In this document: positions 1 through 10,451 of the stretch, one piece after another
Layout: each line of letters begins with the position of its first letter
Numbering within the stretch: position 1 is the first letter of the stretch
Source of the DNA: Hyalangium minutum
GTDB lineage: Bacteria > Myxococcota > Myxococcia > Myxococcales > Myxococcaceae
Direction of reading: 5' to 3'
DNA length: 64,000 nt
Assembly (NCBI RefSeq): GCF_000737315.1
Contig: NZ_JMCB01000007.1
Span: forward strand, 248,001-312,000
Notes under the pieces: model-generated
Seen by the model: the letters and a program-made list of their open reading frames with translations, nothing else
Told to the model about the DNA's origin: nothing
Database searches by the model: none
Position numbers and translations under genes: made by a program

Positions 1-164
1 CCGCTGCGGCGTCGGCCTGCATCAGCCGGGCGATTGCCTGGCGGGAAGAGCACCTGGGGAAGGTGGGAGACCTGACTCCCGAGGAGGCCCAGGCCCTGCG
101 CGAGCGCTTCTATGTCCTGGCTGTCAAGCAAAGGAAGCGGATTTTCAAGGGAAAGCAGCCGTGA
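1..164 (+). CDS. 3' end of a gene truncated by the window edge
   Basis: Open frame from position 3 to TGA at 162-164 (...FYVLAVKQRKRIFKGKQP*); no family recognised. Confidence 0.4.
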   Translation, partial: AAASACISRAIAWREEHLGKVGDLTPEEAQALRERFYVLAVKQRKRIFKGKQP

Positions 165-242
165 ATGAGGGGGGCGAGGCCCCCGTCTGAAGCGCTAGAA
201 GCCATCACGGGCCCATGGGGCCTGCTCGGAGATCGCACCGCC

Positions 243-1070
243 ATGCTCATCGACACCTTGCTCGCCCTCCTGCTGTCCGCGCAGCCTGCTGCGCCGGTGG
301 CCCAGGCGCAGAAGCCCGCAGCGGCCGCCGAGTCCAAGCCCGCGGAGGCGAAGCCTGCTGGTGACCCCGCTGCGAAGCCCGCGACTCCTGCTCCCGCTCC
401 GGCGGCTCCGGCTCCTGCGGCGGCCACTCCTGCGGCCGAGCCCAGCAAGCCCGCCGGGACGGTGAAGGGCAGCGTGGCGCCGGACGTGAAGGCGCTGGTG
501 GAGCGGATGCAGGCCTTCTACGAGAAGACCACCGACTTCCGGTCGGACTTCAAGCAAGACTACAAGTACAAGACCTTCCGCCGGACCCAGACGTCCACGG
601 GGACGGTGACGTACAAGAAGCCGGCGCTGATGCGCTGGGAGTACGAGAATCCCTCGAAGCGCACGTTCGTGTTGGCGGGCAGCAAGGTGTACGCGTACGA
701 CCCGGAGGCGCAGAGCCTCACAGTGGCGAGCCTGGACACGAGCAAGCTCTCGGCTTCGGTGACGTTCCTGTTCGGGCAGGGGAAACTGGCCGACGAGTTC
801 AACATCAAGAAGGGCACGTGCGCGGATTGCAAGGGCACGCTCCTGGTGCTGGACCCAGCGCAGCCGGATCCGCGCTTCCGTCAGGTGCGCCTGGAGGTGG
901 ACACCAACACGGCGCAGGTGCTCAAGAGCACGGTGGTGGATCCGGATGGCAGCGAGAACACCATCTCGTTCCTGAACCTGAAGCAGAACGTGGGCATCTC
1001 GGCGGATAGCTTCAAGATCAACCCGCCCGAGGGCACGCGCGTCGACGACTTCACCAAGCCGAAGAAGTAG
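243..1070 (+). CDS. lolA: Outer-membrane lipoprotein carrier protein LolA family
   Basis: Signal peptide MLIDTLLALLL, Pro/Ala linker, then G.VTYKKPALMRWEY / LASAS.TFLFG / N.ISF.NLKQN LolA-like core. Confidence 0.85.
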   Translation: MLIDTLLALLLSAQPAAPVAQAQKPAAAAESKPAEAKPAGDPAAKPATPAPAPAAPAPAAATPAAEPSKPAGTVKGSVAPDVKALVERMQAFYEKTTDFRSDFKQDYKYKTFRRTQTSTGTVTYKKPALMRWEYENPSKRTFVLAGSKVYAYDPEAQSLTVASLDTSKLSASVTFLFGQGKLADEFNIKKGTCADCKGTLLVLDPAQPDPRFRQVRLEVDTNTAQVLKSTVVDPDGSENTISFLNLKQNVGISADSFKINPPEGTRVDDFTKPKK

Positions 1071-1076
1071 CCCGAC

Positions 1077-2489
1077 GTGCGCCGCGCGCTCCTCGTGGCC
1101 CTGTGTGTCCTGGCCGGTTGCCACCGGAGTACGGTAGCTGCGCCCGAGAAGGGCAGCTTCGCCGGGAAGACCTTCCCGCTGCTGTCCTCCCCAGCGTTGC
1201 GCCTCGTCATTGCAGGCAGCCTGGGCGCGAAGCAGGTGCCGATCATGCTCGATGTGGATCGGCCCCTATCGGTGGTGGCCCCCGCATGCTTCGAGGGAGC
1301 ACCGCCTCCCATCGAGGGGCAGGTGCGTGCCCCCGACCCCAACGGCATGAAGGAGTGGGCGATGGTGCCGCTGCCGGGCTTTCGCGTGGGTGACGTCGCG
1401 CTGCCGGGCTTTTCCGCGGGCCTCACTCGAGAGCCGGTCTGTTCCGTGACGCTGGGCATGGACGTGCTCCACCCGTACGCGCTCACGGTGGATCCGCTGC
1501 GCCGCGAGGTGTCCTTTGCCGTGTCGCGCTCCCGAGAGGCGTACATGGCCGAGCTCACCGCGCCCGGCGCGGACCCCTCTCAAGAGGCGCACGTGCTGGA
1601 GCTGAGCCGCGAGCCCAAGGGCGACTGGCCGTTGCTGGCGGGCCGGGTGGTGCAAGGCGAAGCCCGCTTGACGGGGCCCTTCGTGCTCTCGACGCGCGAT
1701 CCGTTCTCTCGAATCGCGGTGGGCGCTGCCGAGGCGCAGGGCCTGAAGCCGCTGGAGACCGCCAGCGGCCAGCCCGCGCGCGCTATGTGGGTGGATGCCG
1801 TGGAGGTGGCTCAGGGCGTGGGCGTGCGTTCGCTCCCGGTCGAGACGGGCGGGTGGGCCTCTCCGAGTTCGCTGGGGCGCCTGGGGCCGGATGTCTGGGG
1901 CCGCTTCCGGGCAACCATTGATGCGCAGGCGGGTGTCCTTCTGCTCCGCCGGCCTCGAGTGCTGGCCTCGGGAGCGCGCCAGCGCTGCGCCCGGCCTGGT
2001 ACTGAGGGCTTTGACGAGGAGTCCTGCTACGCGCTGCACTCGCGGAAGGAGCCGGATGGCTCGCTCACCGTGACAGCAACGACCTTTCGTGACTTGCCTG
2101 AGGGGGGACGGCTCTACGTGGAGCCTCTGGGGGAGGACGGGCAGGCCCTTCGAACAGGCTGCCGGGTCGGCTTCACCTTCATGCCGGGGAGCCGGGGCGC
2201 GACGACGCAGCACCGCCTGCCGTGGCCTTCGCTCGCCCGATCCCTGCCGCAGTGCCACGCGGAGCTCTCGGCGGCGAAGGGCTACGCGCTGGCCCTCGTG
2301 GAGGATGGGATTCAGCCGGAGTGCCCGCTGACGTGCGCCTTCGTCCATGAGCTGCGCACGCGGCGCACGCTCTGCGAGTGCCAGCTCTCTCCGCTGGAAG
2401 AGGGCATGAGCGCTGCGAGCCGCAAACCCAAGCTGCCTCAGGCTCCGCCTCCCGAGGAGCGGGAGCGGGAGCCCGAGGATCCCAAGTAG
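1077..2489 (+). CDS. Hypothetical lipoprotein with degenerate aspartyl-protease-like segments
   Basis: Lipobox LAGC; IMLDVD...V / LGMDVL and LGPDVW motifs resemble retropepsin-like repeats. Confidence 0.6.
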   Translation: MRRALLVALCVLAGCHRSTVAAPEKGSFAGKTFPLLSSPALRLVIAGSLGAKQVPIMLDVDRPLSVVAPACFEGAPPPIEGQVRAPDPNGMKEWAMVPLPGFRVGDVALPGFSAGLTREPVCSVTLGMDVLHPYALTVDPLRREVSFAVSRSREAYMAELTAPGADPSQEAHVLELSREPKGDWPLLAGRVVQGEARLTGPFVLSTRDPFSRIAVGAAEAQGLKPLETASGQPARAMWVDAVEVAQGVGVRSLPVETGGWASPSSLGRLGPDVWGRFRATIDAQAGVLLLRRPRVLASGARQRCARPGTEGFDEESCYALHSRKEPDGSLTVTATTFRDLPEGGRLYVEPLGEDGQALRTGCRVGFTFMPGSRGATTQHRLPWPSLARSLPQCHAELSAAKGYALALVEDGIQPECPLTCAFVHELRTRRTLCECQLSPLEEGMSAASRKPKLPQAPPPEEREREPEDPK

Positions 2490-2513
2490 AAGCCCGCGGG
2501 CTTCAACCTGGAG

Positions 2514-3923
2514 TTAGCGGGGAGATGTCCAGGTGGCCATGGCGGTGGGGGCCGCGTCCCGGGCCTTGTGCTTGCGCTGCTTCGGATCCGGACGCTCCAC
2601 CACCCGGCCGACGAGATCGTAGTCGTGGGCCTCGGTCACCTCGATGGTGACGAACTCGCCGGGGTAGGCGAGGCCATCATTGATGTAGACCTGCCCGTCG
2701 ATCTCGGGAGCTTGGCCCTCGTGGCGGCCCACCAGCAGGTGCTCGGTCTCGGGGCTGGGGCCCTCCACGAGCACCTCGATGCGCTTGCCCACGAGCTTCT
2801 TGTTCTGCTCGCGGTTGATGCGCTTCTGGATGGCCATGATCTCGCGCCAGCGGCGCTCGATGGTCTTCTGCGGCACCTTGTTCGGCAAATCGAACGCGGC
2901 GGTGCCCTCCTCATCGGAGTACTGGAACACGCCGAGCCGCTCGAAGCGCTGCGTCTTGACGAACTCCTTGAGCAGCTCGAAGTCCTCTTCCGTCTCGCCT
3001 GGCAGGCCGACGATCATCGACGTGCGCATCACCAGCCCCGGCACGCGGGCGCGCAGCTTGACCAGCAGGTCCGTGAGGAACTGCGAGTTGCGGCCGCGCT
3101 TCATCGACATGAGCAGCTTGTCGCTCGCGTGCTGGATGGGCATGTCCAGGTACTTGGCGATCTTCTTCTCCGTCGCCATGACCTCGATGAGCTCGTCTGG
3201 GAACACGCGCGGATAGGCGTAGTGCAGGCGGATCCACCGCACGTCCACCTTCACCAGCTCCTTGAGTAGGTCCTGGAGCTTGGGCTTGCCGGGCAGGTCA
3301 TGCCCGTACGCCGTCAGGTCCTGCGCCACCAGGTTCAGCTCCTGCACGCCCTGGTCCGCCAGACGCTCGGCCTCGGCGACGACGTCCGCGATGGTGCGCG
3401 AGCGCTGGCCGCCGCGCAGCTTGGGGATGATGCAGAAGGCGCAGGCGTTGTCGCAGCCCTCGGACACCTTGAGATAGGCGGTGTACGACGGCATCGAGTT
3501 CTCGCGAGGCGTGCTCGCGTTGTGGATGTAGTCCGGATCCGGGATGACCTGGCGCGGAGAGGCCTCGGCCGCGAGCAGGTCGCCGATCTGCGCATAGGCG
3601 CTGGTGCCGAGGAAGTGGTCCACCTCGGGCATCTCCTGGGACAGCTCGCCGCCGTAGCGCTGCGAGAGGCACCCGGTGACGACGAGGGTGCTGCACGCGC
3701 CGCTCTTCTTGTACTCGGCCATCTCCAGGATGGAGTCCACGGACTCCTGCTTGGCGGGGCCGATGAAGGCGCACGTGTTGACGACGATGACTTCGGCGGC
3801 GGCGGGATCCTGCACCAACTGGTAGCCGCGCTGCTTGAGGGTGCCAAGCATCACCTCGGAGTCCACCCGGTTCTTCGGGCAGCCGAGGGTCATCATGTAA
3901 AGGCTCTTGGGGTCTTGAGGCAC
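2514..3923 (-). CDS. rimO: Ribosomal protein S12 methylthiotransferase RimO
   Basis: [13 protein letters not shown]-terminus, radical SAM CxxxCxxC (GCDNACAFC), TRAM-like C-terminus APEIDG; start uncertain (3899-3968). Confidence 0.95.
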   Translation of the reverse strand: MPQDPKSLYMMTLGCPKNRVDSEVMLGTLKQRGYQLVQDPAAAEVIVVNTCAFIGPAKQESVDSILEMAEYKKSGACSTLVVTGCLSQRYGGELSQEMPEVDHFLGTSAYAQIGDLLAAEASPRQVIPDPDYIHNASTPRENSMPSYTAYLKVSEGCDNACAFCIIPKLRGGQRSRTIADVVAEAERLADQGVQELNLVAQDLTAYGHDLPGKPKLQDLLKELVKVDVRWIRLHYAYPRVFPDELIEVMATEKKIAKYLDMPIQHASDKLLMSMKRGRNSQFLTDLLVKLRARVPGLVMRTSMIVGLPGETEEDFELLKEFVKTQRFERLGVFQYSDEEGTAAFDLPNKVPQKTIERRWREIMAIQKRINREQNKKLVGKRIEVLVEGPSPETEHLLVGRHEGQAPEIDGQVYINDGLAYPGEFVTIEVTEAHDYDLVGRVVERPDPKQRKHKARDAAPTAMATWTSPR

Positions 3924-3927
3924 TGCT

Positions 3928-5037
3928 CTACCGCTTTCCGAGTTCCGTTCGCTCGAAGTGGTCCCCACTCCAGGCGAAGTTGATGATTGCGCCGTTCGAG
4001 TAACCGATGCTCAAGGCTCCGTCTTCTTCTTCCAGACTGACGGAGAGGGCCCGGCCCAGCGCACAGGTAGCAGCCGGCCACTCGAGCGCTCGTGTCGCCG
4101 TCTTGTTTCCTCTTCCCTGCAGAAGGTAGATGCCGAGCCGCAGCTCGTGGTCTCCCTCGCACTTGCCCTCGACGGCGTAGGGGTCCTTGCCGGAGACAAC
4201 GGTGAGAAGCGTCCGCCCGCCACTGAGCAGGAGCGTCTCCGGGACATTCACATTGACCTTCTCCGGATCGACGCTGTCCAAGGCCACCATGGCGCGGAGC
4301 GAATCGGAGGTCAGGGGCTTCTCGGCCTCCACCCAGACCGGGTAATGGAGCACGCCCCAGCCCAGCCACCCGCCGCGAGTGGCCTCCAAGGAGATGACAT
4401 CTTCAGGGGGCTTGAGCTTCAGGTTCTTGCGGAACTCGTCCGGCAGCTTGAGGGCCTCACCGAGCATGCCCCCGTCCTTGCAGTTGGAGAGCGGGGTGGG
4501 CTTGTCGCCCACGGCGTCCTGGTCCTCGAAGGTGACGCAGAGGTCAAACACGAGCGGCTCGACTGCGGGGAAGCGCGGGAACGCCGTGACGGGGATGGCG
4601 ATCTCCAGGTTCAGCGCCTTCTCCTTGCGGTCCACACCGATCTGGACTTGCTCCTGCGCGAAGGCGGAGGTGCCGCTCTCGGCGGGCGAGGGGCGCTTGC
4701 CATCGAACGCGAACCGGAAGGTGTTGCCGATGGCGGTGGGGCCCGCGCCAGGGAAGAAGAGGGTCAGGGTGAACAGGTCGCGCGCGAGGAGCTGATCATC
4801 CGTGGCCTCTACGCCCACGTAGAGCGTGTCCTTGCGCCAAGCCACCCGGGTGTTGAAGCCCGCGGACTCGGTCGAGGCGGGAGCACGGAGCGTGAGGGCC
4901 GGAGCGAGGTCCTTGAGGACGCCGTCCAGCTTGGGCGCCTTGGCGAGGGCGGGGACAACCTTGGTGGGGCGCTCCTCCTGCGCGGAGGCGAGTGCGGGCG
5001 CGATGAGGAAGCTGAGGGCGAGGAGCAGAGCGCGCAT
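3928..5037 (-). CDS. Secreted hypothetical protein (CBM9/DOMON-like sugar-binding type N-terminus possible)
   Basis: Signal peptide; [27 protein letters not shown] pattern. Confidence 0.6.
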   Translation of the reverse strand: MRALLLALSFLIAPALASAQEERPTKVVPALAKAPKLDGVLKDLAPALTLRAPASTESAGFNTRVAWRKDTLYVGVEATDDQLLARDLFTLTLFFPGAGPTAIGNTFRFAFDGKRPSPAESGTSAFAQEQVQIGVDRKEKALNLEIAIPVTAFPRFPAVEPLVFDLCVTFEDQDAVGDKPTPLSNCKDGGMLGEALKLPDEFRKNLKLKPPEDVISLEATRGGWLGWGVLHYPVWVEAEKPLTSDSLRAMVALDSVDPEKVNVNVPETLLLSGGRTLLTVVSGKDPYAVEGKCEGDHELRLGIYLLQGRGNKTATRALEWPAATCALGRALSVSLEEEDGALSIGYSNGAIINFAWSGDHFERTELGKR

Positions 5038-5039
5038 GG

Positions 5040-5537
5040 CTATTCCCGGAAGTTGGTGAACTGCATGTCCAGCTTCAGCCGCTCCTGCTCCTTGCGGAAC
5101 AGCGCCATGGCGGCCTGCAGGTCGTCCTTGTTCTTGCCGCTGATGCGGAGCTCGTCGCCCTGGATGGAGCCCTGGAGCTTCAGCTTGGACTCCTTGAGGA
5201 GCTTCACCAGCTCCTTGGCCTTCTCCACGGGGATGCCCTGCTGGAGCTTGATGTTCTGCTTCACGCTGTGGAGGCCCGTCTTCTCGATGTCCAGGAACTC
5301 GAGCGCGTGCAGGGAGATGCCGCGCTTGGCGAGCTTGGCGAGAAGGACTTCCTTGGCTGCCTTGACGCGCTCCTCGGTGTTGGCCTTGACGGTCAGCAGG
5401 GCGCGATCCGGGGAGATGACGATGTCGGGCTGGGCACCCTGGAAGTCATAGCGGGTGCTGAGCTCCTTCTTGGTCTGGTTGACCGCGTTATCGAGCTCGG
5501 CCTGGTCAATTTTTGAGATGACGTCGAAGGAAGGCAT
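5040..5537 (-). CDS. yajQ: YajQ family nucleotide/c-di-GMP-binding protein
   Basis: MPSFDVISKID...NAV.Q..KE...RYDF, QGIP.E.AK, SIQGDELRISGK.KDDLQ. Confidence 0.95.
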   Translation of the reverse strand: MPSFDVISKIDQAELDNAVNQTKKELSTRYDFQGAQPDIVISPDRALLTVKANTEERVKAAKEVLLAKLAKRGISLHALEFLDIEKTGLHSVKQNIKLQQGIPVEKAKELVKLLKESKLKLQGSIQGDELRISGKNKDDLQAAMALFRKEQERLKLDMQFTNFRE

Positions 5538-5554
5538 GGGCCCCAGGGCCCTTA

Positions 5555-7195
5555 TCACACCTTGACGACCATGGGCACCACCAGCGGGCGCTTGGCGGTG
5601 TAGAGCTTGAAGGCCCGGCGGACGGCCCGAGTCACCTCTTCTCGCACCAAGGCGTCATCCCCGCGCAGCTGTGGGGACATCTGCAGGAAGATGTTCCGGG
5701 CCTCGTCGGCCACTCGGGGCAGCAGCACCTGTTCGTCCAGGGACAGTCCGTGGCCCGACAGCTGGGGGCCCGCCATCAGCGCCAGCGAGGCACGGTCGAT
5801 GACGACGGCGGCGACGACGAGCCCTGTTTCCGCCAGCTTGGTGCGCTCCTGAAGGGACTCGGGGGTGACAAGGCCGCCGCTGTAGAGGTCCTTGTGGACG
5901 CGCCCGGTGGGGACGTTGCCGGCGAACCGGGCCCGGCCCTTCTCGAAGGTGACGAGGTCTCCGTCCTGGGCCAGGAGGAGCCGCTCAGGAGCGAGCCCGG
6001 CTTCGCGCGCGGTGGCCAGGTGGCGGTGGAGGTGGCGAAGCTCTCCGTGGATGGGGATGAAGTGCTGGGGGCGGACGAGATCCAGGACACGCCGCTGCTG
6101 CGGCTTGCTGGCATGGCCCGAGACGTGGACGCCGGGCTCCACCTGCGCGTAGACGATGCGGGCCCCAGTCCAGTGCAGCTGGTCGAGCAGGGCGCCCACG
6201 GCGCGCTCGTTGCCGGGAATGGGGCGAGAGCTGAGGACGACCATATCCCCGGGGTCCAGCCGGACGGCGCCATTGCCCGAGGCGAGCTGGGCCAGTCCGG
6301 CGCGCGCCTCACCCTGAGCCCCGGTGGAGAGCAGCACCACCTTGTTGGCCGCGAGCCTCGCCACCGCGTCCAGCGGGACGAAGAGGGATTCGGGGACGTC
6401 GAGGTAGCCCATCTGCCGCGCCAGCTCCACGTTGCGCGCCATGCTGCGGCCCTGGAGGGCTACTTTGCGCTCCAACCGCTCGGCGAGTTTGAGAACAGTG
6501 CGCACACGGTGGAGGTTGGAGGCAAAGAGGGCCACGACGATGCGGCCCTGGGCCTCGTGGAAGAGGCGGTCGAAGGTCTGCTCGACCACGCGCTCGCTGC
6601 CGGTCTCGTTGGTGAACTCCGAGTTGGTGGAGTCGGACAGGAGGCAGAGGACGCCCTGCTCGCCGGCCTCGCCCCAGCGCTCGAGGTCTGTGCGGAGGCC
6701 GTCGATGGGATCCGGGTCCAGCTTGAAGTCCCCCGTGTGGATGAGGGTGCCCTCGGGGGTGCGGACGATGTAGCCCACGGCATCCGGCACGGTGTGAGTG
6801 ACGCGGCTGGCCTCGACGGTGAAGACGGAGCCGACGGAGAACGGGGTGCGCGGCTCGATCTCCCGCAGGTCCGCGATGACACCCAGCTCGTCCAGGCGCT
6901 GGCGGGCCATGGCGAGGGTGAAGCGGGTGCCATAGACGGGGACGTTCACCTCGCTGAGCAGGTAGGGGAGGGCGCCCGTGTGGTCCTCGTGGCCGTGGGT
7001 GAGGACGATGCCTTTGAGCTGGGAGGCGTTCTGCCGGATGTGACTGAAGTCCGGGACGATGATGTCCACCCCTGGGGCGGCCTCGGACGGGAACATGAGC
7101 CCAGCGTCGATGAGGATCATCTCCCCACGGCACGCGAGCACCATCGCGTTGAGGCCGATCTCGCCCAGACCTCCCAGGGGAATGACATGGAGCAT
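5555..7195 (-). CDS. rnj: Ribonuclease J
   Basis: IPLGGLGEIGLN, THGHEDH, HTGDFKLD, SDSTN, HVSGHA, PIHGE motifs. Confidence 0.95.
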   Translation of the reverse strand: MLHVIPLGGLGEIGLNAMVLACRGEMILIDAGLMFPSEAAPGVDIIVPDFSHIRQNASQLKGIVLTHGHEDHTGALPYLLSEVNVPVYGTRFTLAMARQRLDELGVIADLREIEPRTPFSVGSVFTVEASRVTHTVPDAVGYIVRTPEGTLIHTGDFKLDPDPIDGLRTDLERWGEAGEQGVLCLLSDSTNSEFTNETGSERVVEQTFDRLFHEAQGRIVVALFASNLHRVRTVLKLAERLERKVALQGRSMARNVELARQMGYLDVPESLFVPLDAVARLAANKVVLLSTGAQGEARAGLAQLASGNGAVRLDPGDMVVLSSRPIPGNERAVGALLDQLHWTGARIVYAQVEPGVHVSGHASKPQQRRVLDLVRPQHFIPIHGELRHLHRHLATAREAGLAPERLLLAQDGDLVTFEKGRARFAGNVPTGRVHKDLYSGGLVTPESLQERTKLAETGLVVAAVVIDRASLALMAGPQLSGHGLSLDEQVLLPRVADEARNIFLQMSPQLRGDDALVREEVTRAVRRAFKLYTAKRPLVVPMVVKV

Positions 7196-7282
7196 GCCCT
7201 ACTGATTATGGCCTGTGGCCCGGCGCCGCCCGAGCGTTTTAAGCGAGCGCCTGCCTTCTTGCCTGCTGGGAGCCTGATCCAC

Positions 7283-10096
7283 TCAGGCTGTGGTAGGAGG
7301 TTCGGGCGGCGGGCGGGAGATCCAGGCCGCGATGAAGAGGTCCAGGTCGCCGCGCAGCACGTCCTTCACGCGAGGCGTCCCCGCGCCGGTGCGAGGGTCC
7401 TCAACCCTGGCACCGCGGCCCGTGAAGTATCGCCGCACCTCGTCCGTGCTGACGCCCTGGCCGGACACCACACGGGTCGCGATGTCCTTCATCTCGTCCA
7501 TCTCGCCCGCGCCCGTGAGAGTGAGCACGCGGCCCGTGGAGGCATCCTTCACGGTGACTTCGGTGCGTACGCGCTCCAGGAACGTGCCTTCGTGCTTCCT
7601 CACCGGGCGGCCGTCGACCTCCAGGGCCTCTAGGACGCCGGGTGTTCCACCCCGGTGCACGCGGACGTAGGCGCGCTGCCGCTTCTCGTCCTCGATGCGC
7701 CGGTGCATACCCGCCTCGCCTGCGAGGAAGCTGTAGGCGCCCGGTCCCGCGACGCGCACGACGACGCGGGCGGGAGACTCGGCCTCCGCGACGAGCATGG
7801 CCTCGTAGCCGCGCTTCTCCGCCCAGCCGAGGTACATGGTTGCCAGCTCCTGCACCCAGGCGTCCTGGGCCTCCATGGACTCGCTGGCGCAGATATCCAC
7901 CAGCGCCTCATTGTCATTGGCGGAGGCGCCCGAGGCATGGAGCGCCTCGGCCATCTGGACCTCGCGCGCCACGTCTTCGACCTGCTTGGCCGCGGACGCG
8001 AGCTGCATCTCATTCTTGGCCTCGCGCACCAGGCGGCGGGCGAAGGTGGCAGCCTGCTCAAGGCGCTCCAGCTCGTTGATTTGCGCCTCCACCGTTCGGA
8101 ATGCCCGCAGGGTGGCTGCCGCGCGCTCTGGATCATCCCAGAGGTTGGGCGCCTGGGTCTCGGCGAGGAGCTGGTTGCGCCTCTCCTCGAGCTGTGGACG
8201 GTCGGCGGACGCGGACAGTGCCCGGGCGCGGCCGACGAGCCGATCCATTTCGTGCAGCAGCGACTTGCGATCCAGCCGCCGCTTGACGGCTGCGGCCTTC
8301 GACGTGGGCAGAGACAGCTGTGCCGTCGCCTCACGCGGAGGAGAGATCGGTTCGGCAACAGCCATCACCTTGCCGCCAGGGCGAGCCTCCACGCGGACAG
8401 GCGTACCTGGCCGCAGCGGCCGGCGGGCGATCTCCACCGCGAGGGCCGCCGTGAGCGTCTTCTCGATCTCCCGCTGCAGGTAGCGCGCGCCGAACTGCGG
8501 CGAGTAGCCACGGTCCACCAGCAGGTCGACCACCTCGGGCGTGACCTCCACATCGAGGGCGCGGGCGCGGATACCCTCGCGCTCCAGCACGCGGCCCACC
8601 TCGCGCTGGGCGATCTTCCGGATTTCCACCTTCGAGAGCGGCCGGAAGTGGCAGATGGCGTCAAAGCGGTTGAGGAACTCTGGACGGAACGAGTCTGCGA
8701 TGCGCCGGTCGACCTCGGAGACGAGCTCGTCCTCGCGGCGGCTCGCAGCGAAGCCCAGCCCGGACTCCCGGTACACCTCGGCGCCTACGTTGGAGGTGGC
8801 GACAATCAGCGTGTTGTTGCAGGAGACCGTCTCTCCCGCGCCGTTGACGAAGGTGCCCTCATCGAACAGCTGAAGGAACCGGTCGTGCACGCTGCGCGCC
8901 GCCTTCTCGAACTCATCGAGCAGCAGCACGGTGAACACCTTGCCATCGAGCAGGTTGGTCAGCTCTCCGCGCTTGGTTTCCATCGCGGGCGCCCAGGACG
9001 CGCCGAAGGGAACACTCTCGTCGCCGTCGTTGGGGAAGTCCGCCATGTTGAGGCGCACCAGCCTGTCGGCGGAGCCGAAGAGGTACTCCGCGAGCAGCTT
9101 GGCCAGCTGGGTCTTGCCCACGCCCGTGGGGCCCGCGAAGAGGAACACGCCGAGGGGACGGCGCGGATCGTTCAGGCCCGCCTTGAGCAGCGCCACCGAG
9201 CGCAGCACCGCCGACACCGCATCCGTCTGGCCGAGCAGCCGCTCCCCGAAGAAGCGCTCCGTCTCGTCCAGGTCCAGCGGCATCGCATCGTCCACGACGA
9301 AGCGGGGCAGCCGTGTGGCCGCGCAGAAGCGGGTGAGTACGTCCTCGGGCCCCACCCGGTCGCGAGCGGCCCCCGCAGCCTCGGCGGCGGTCTCCTTGAG
9401 GAGCTCGATCGCCTTGCGAGGCATGCGCTGGGCCAGGAGGAACTTGGCCGACAGCCGCAGCGCCACGTCGCACGCGGCCGGGTCGATGGGCAGGTGCATC
9501 TCCCGCTCCAGCTCCTCGGCGACACGGCCGAGGATCCAGCGGGAGCGCTCCAGCGGAGGCTCCTGCAGCGGGATGAGGTGGAGTCGCTCAGCCAGGGCCT
9601 CGTCCGCGCGCAGAAGCTCCTGCACGCGCTTGGGCTCGGTCTCGAAGATGAAGCGGATGCCTCCGGTGCGCAGGGCGCGAATGGCCACGGGCGCCAGCGG
9701 GCCGCCGAGCGCCAGGGGCAGATCCCGGATGTAGACGATGGGGCAGGCGTGGCGGCTCAGGTGGCCGAGCAGCTCTTCGAAGCTCTCGGCGGCCTGACGC
9801 TGGGTGCTGCGCGCCAGGATGTTGGCGGCGGACACCTCCACCAGCCGGGCCTGGGCCACAGCGGCATCCACGCGGCCCTCGGCGATACGACGGGCCACTT
9901 CCTGGACGAGGGCGCTCTTGCCCACGCCCGGCTCGCCCGAGAGCAGAGGGTGCTTGCCGCCTCGAGTGAGCAGGCCCAGCACTTCGGAAACGGCGGCATC
10001 CACGCCATGCGCGGGCGCAAGCTTGCCGTCCCGCGCGAGCGCGGTGAGATCGCGGTCGATGAGTCGCTCGTTGTCCTCGCTCTTCCTCGTCGCCAT
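7283..10096 (-). CDS. Clp/Hsp100-type AAA+ ATPase fused to a C-terminal release-factor-2-like (PCRF) region
   Basis: Walker A GEPGVGKS and GPTGVGKT, second-module Walker B LLLDEFEKA, FRPEFLNRFD, FGARYLQR; C-terminal PNLWDDPERA, MYLGWAEKRGY, AYSFLAGEAGMHRRI, DPRTG, VLRGDLDLFIAAW. Confidence 0.85.
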   Translation of the reverse strand: MATRKSEDNERLIDRDLTALARDGKLAPAHGVDAAVSEVLGLLTRGGKHPLLSGEPGVGKSALVQEVARRIAEGRVDAAVAQARLVEVSAANILARSTQRQAAESFEELLGHLSRHACPIVYIRDLPLALGGPLAPVAIRALRTGGIRFIFETEPKRVQELLRADEALAERLHLIPLQEPPLERSRWILGRVAEELEREMHLPIDPAACDVALRLSAKFLLAQRMPRKAIELLKETAAEAAGAARDRVGPEDVLTRFCAATRLPRFVVDDAMPLDLDETERFFGERLLGQTDAVSAVLRSVALLKAGLNDPRRPLGVFLFAGPTGVGKTQLAKLLAEYLFGSADRLVRLNMADFPNDGDESVPFGASWAPAMETKRGELTNLLDGKVFTVLLLDEFEKAARSVHDRFLQLFDEGTFVNGAGETVSCNNTLIVATSNVGAEVYRESGLGFAASRREDELVSEVDRRIADSFRPEFLNRFDAICHFRPLSKVEIRKIAQREVGRVLEREGIRARALDVEVTPEVVDLLVDRGYSPQFGARYLQREIEKTLTAALAVEIARRPLRPGTPVRVEARPGGKVMAVAEPISPPREATAQLSLPTSKAAAVKRRLDRKSLLHEMDRLVGRARALSASADRPQLEERRNQLLAETQAPNLWDDPERAAATLRAFRTVEAQINELERLEQAATFARRLVREAKNEMQLASAAKQVEDVAREVQMAEALHASGASANDNEALVDICASESMEAQDAWVQELATMYLGWAEKRGYEAMLVAEAESPARVVVRVAGPGAYSFLAGEAGMHRRIEDEKRQRAYVRVHRGGTPGVLEALEVDGRPVRKHEGTFLERVRTEVTVKDASTGRVLTLTGAGEMDEMKDIATRVVSGQGVSTDEVRRYFTGRGARVEDPRTGAGTPRVKDVLRGDLDLFIAAWISRPPPEPPTTA

Positions 10097-10169
10097 GTCT
10101 GAAACGCCCCCGAGGGCGGCACTCTAACCTGCTGAACCGCAGTGGTGAGGGGACAATCCCCAGTCAAGA

Positions 10170-10258
10170 GCGGAAGGCGGAGGACTCGAACCTCAGACCG
10201 GGAGCCGGTCCGCACCCGCTAGCAACGGGGCCTGGTGCCATCACCAGTTCACTCTTCC
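10170..10258 (-). tRNA. tRNA-Ser(GCT)
   Basis: Acceptor GGAAGAG, loop TT-GCT-AG, long variable arm, T loop GTTCGAGTC, G73. Confidence 0.85.
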
Positions 10259-10264
10259 AAAAAA

Positions 10265-10349
10265 GCGGAGCGAGGTGGAGTCGAACCACAGGCCCGTTGG
10301 ACCCTCCTGGGTTCCAGCCAGGTTGCCGGCCGCCCGGCAATCACGCTCC
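10265..10349 (-). tRNA. tRNA-Ser(GGA)
   Basis: CCTGG-CTGGAAC-CCAGG, long variable arm, GTTCGACTC. Confidence 0.85.
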
Positions 10350-10366
10350 AAAACGGCACTGCACAT

Positions 10367-10451
10367 GCGGAAGACAGGGGACTCGAACCCCAAGCGCCGA
10401 GCACTCGCACCGCTTTCGAAACGGGCCACCGGCCTCCGGTGTTGGTCTTCC
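10367..10451 (-). tRNA. tRNA-Ser(CGA)
   Basis: CCGT-TTCGAAA-GCGG, long variable arm, GTTCGAGTC. Confidence 0.85.

Noticed and set aside
7655-10102. 815-aa + strand ORF (likewise 16788-18668, 5750-7633, 44530-46299, 25682-27874)
   Set aside because: Antisense shadow frames of well-supported genes in high-GC DNA; no motifs
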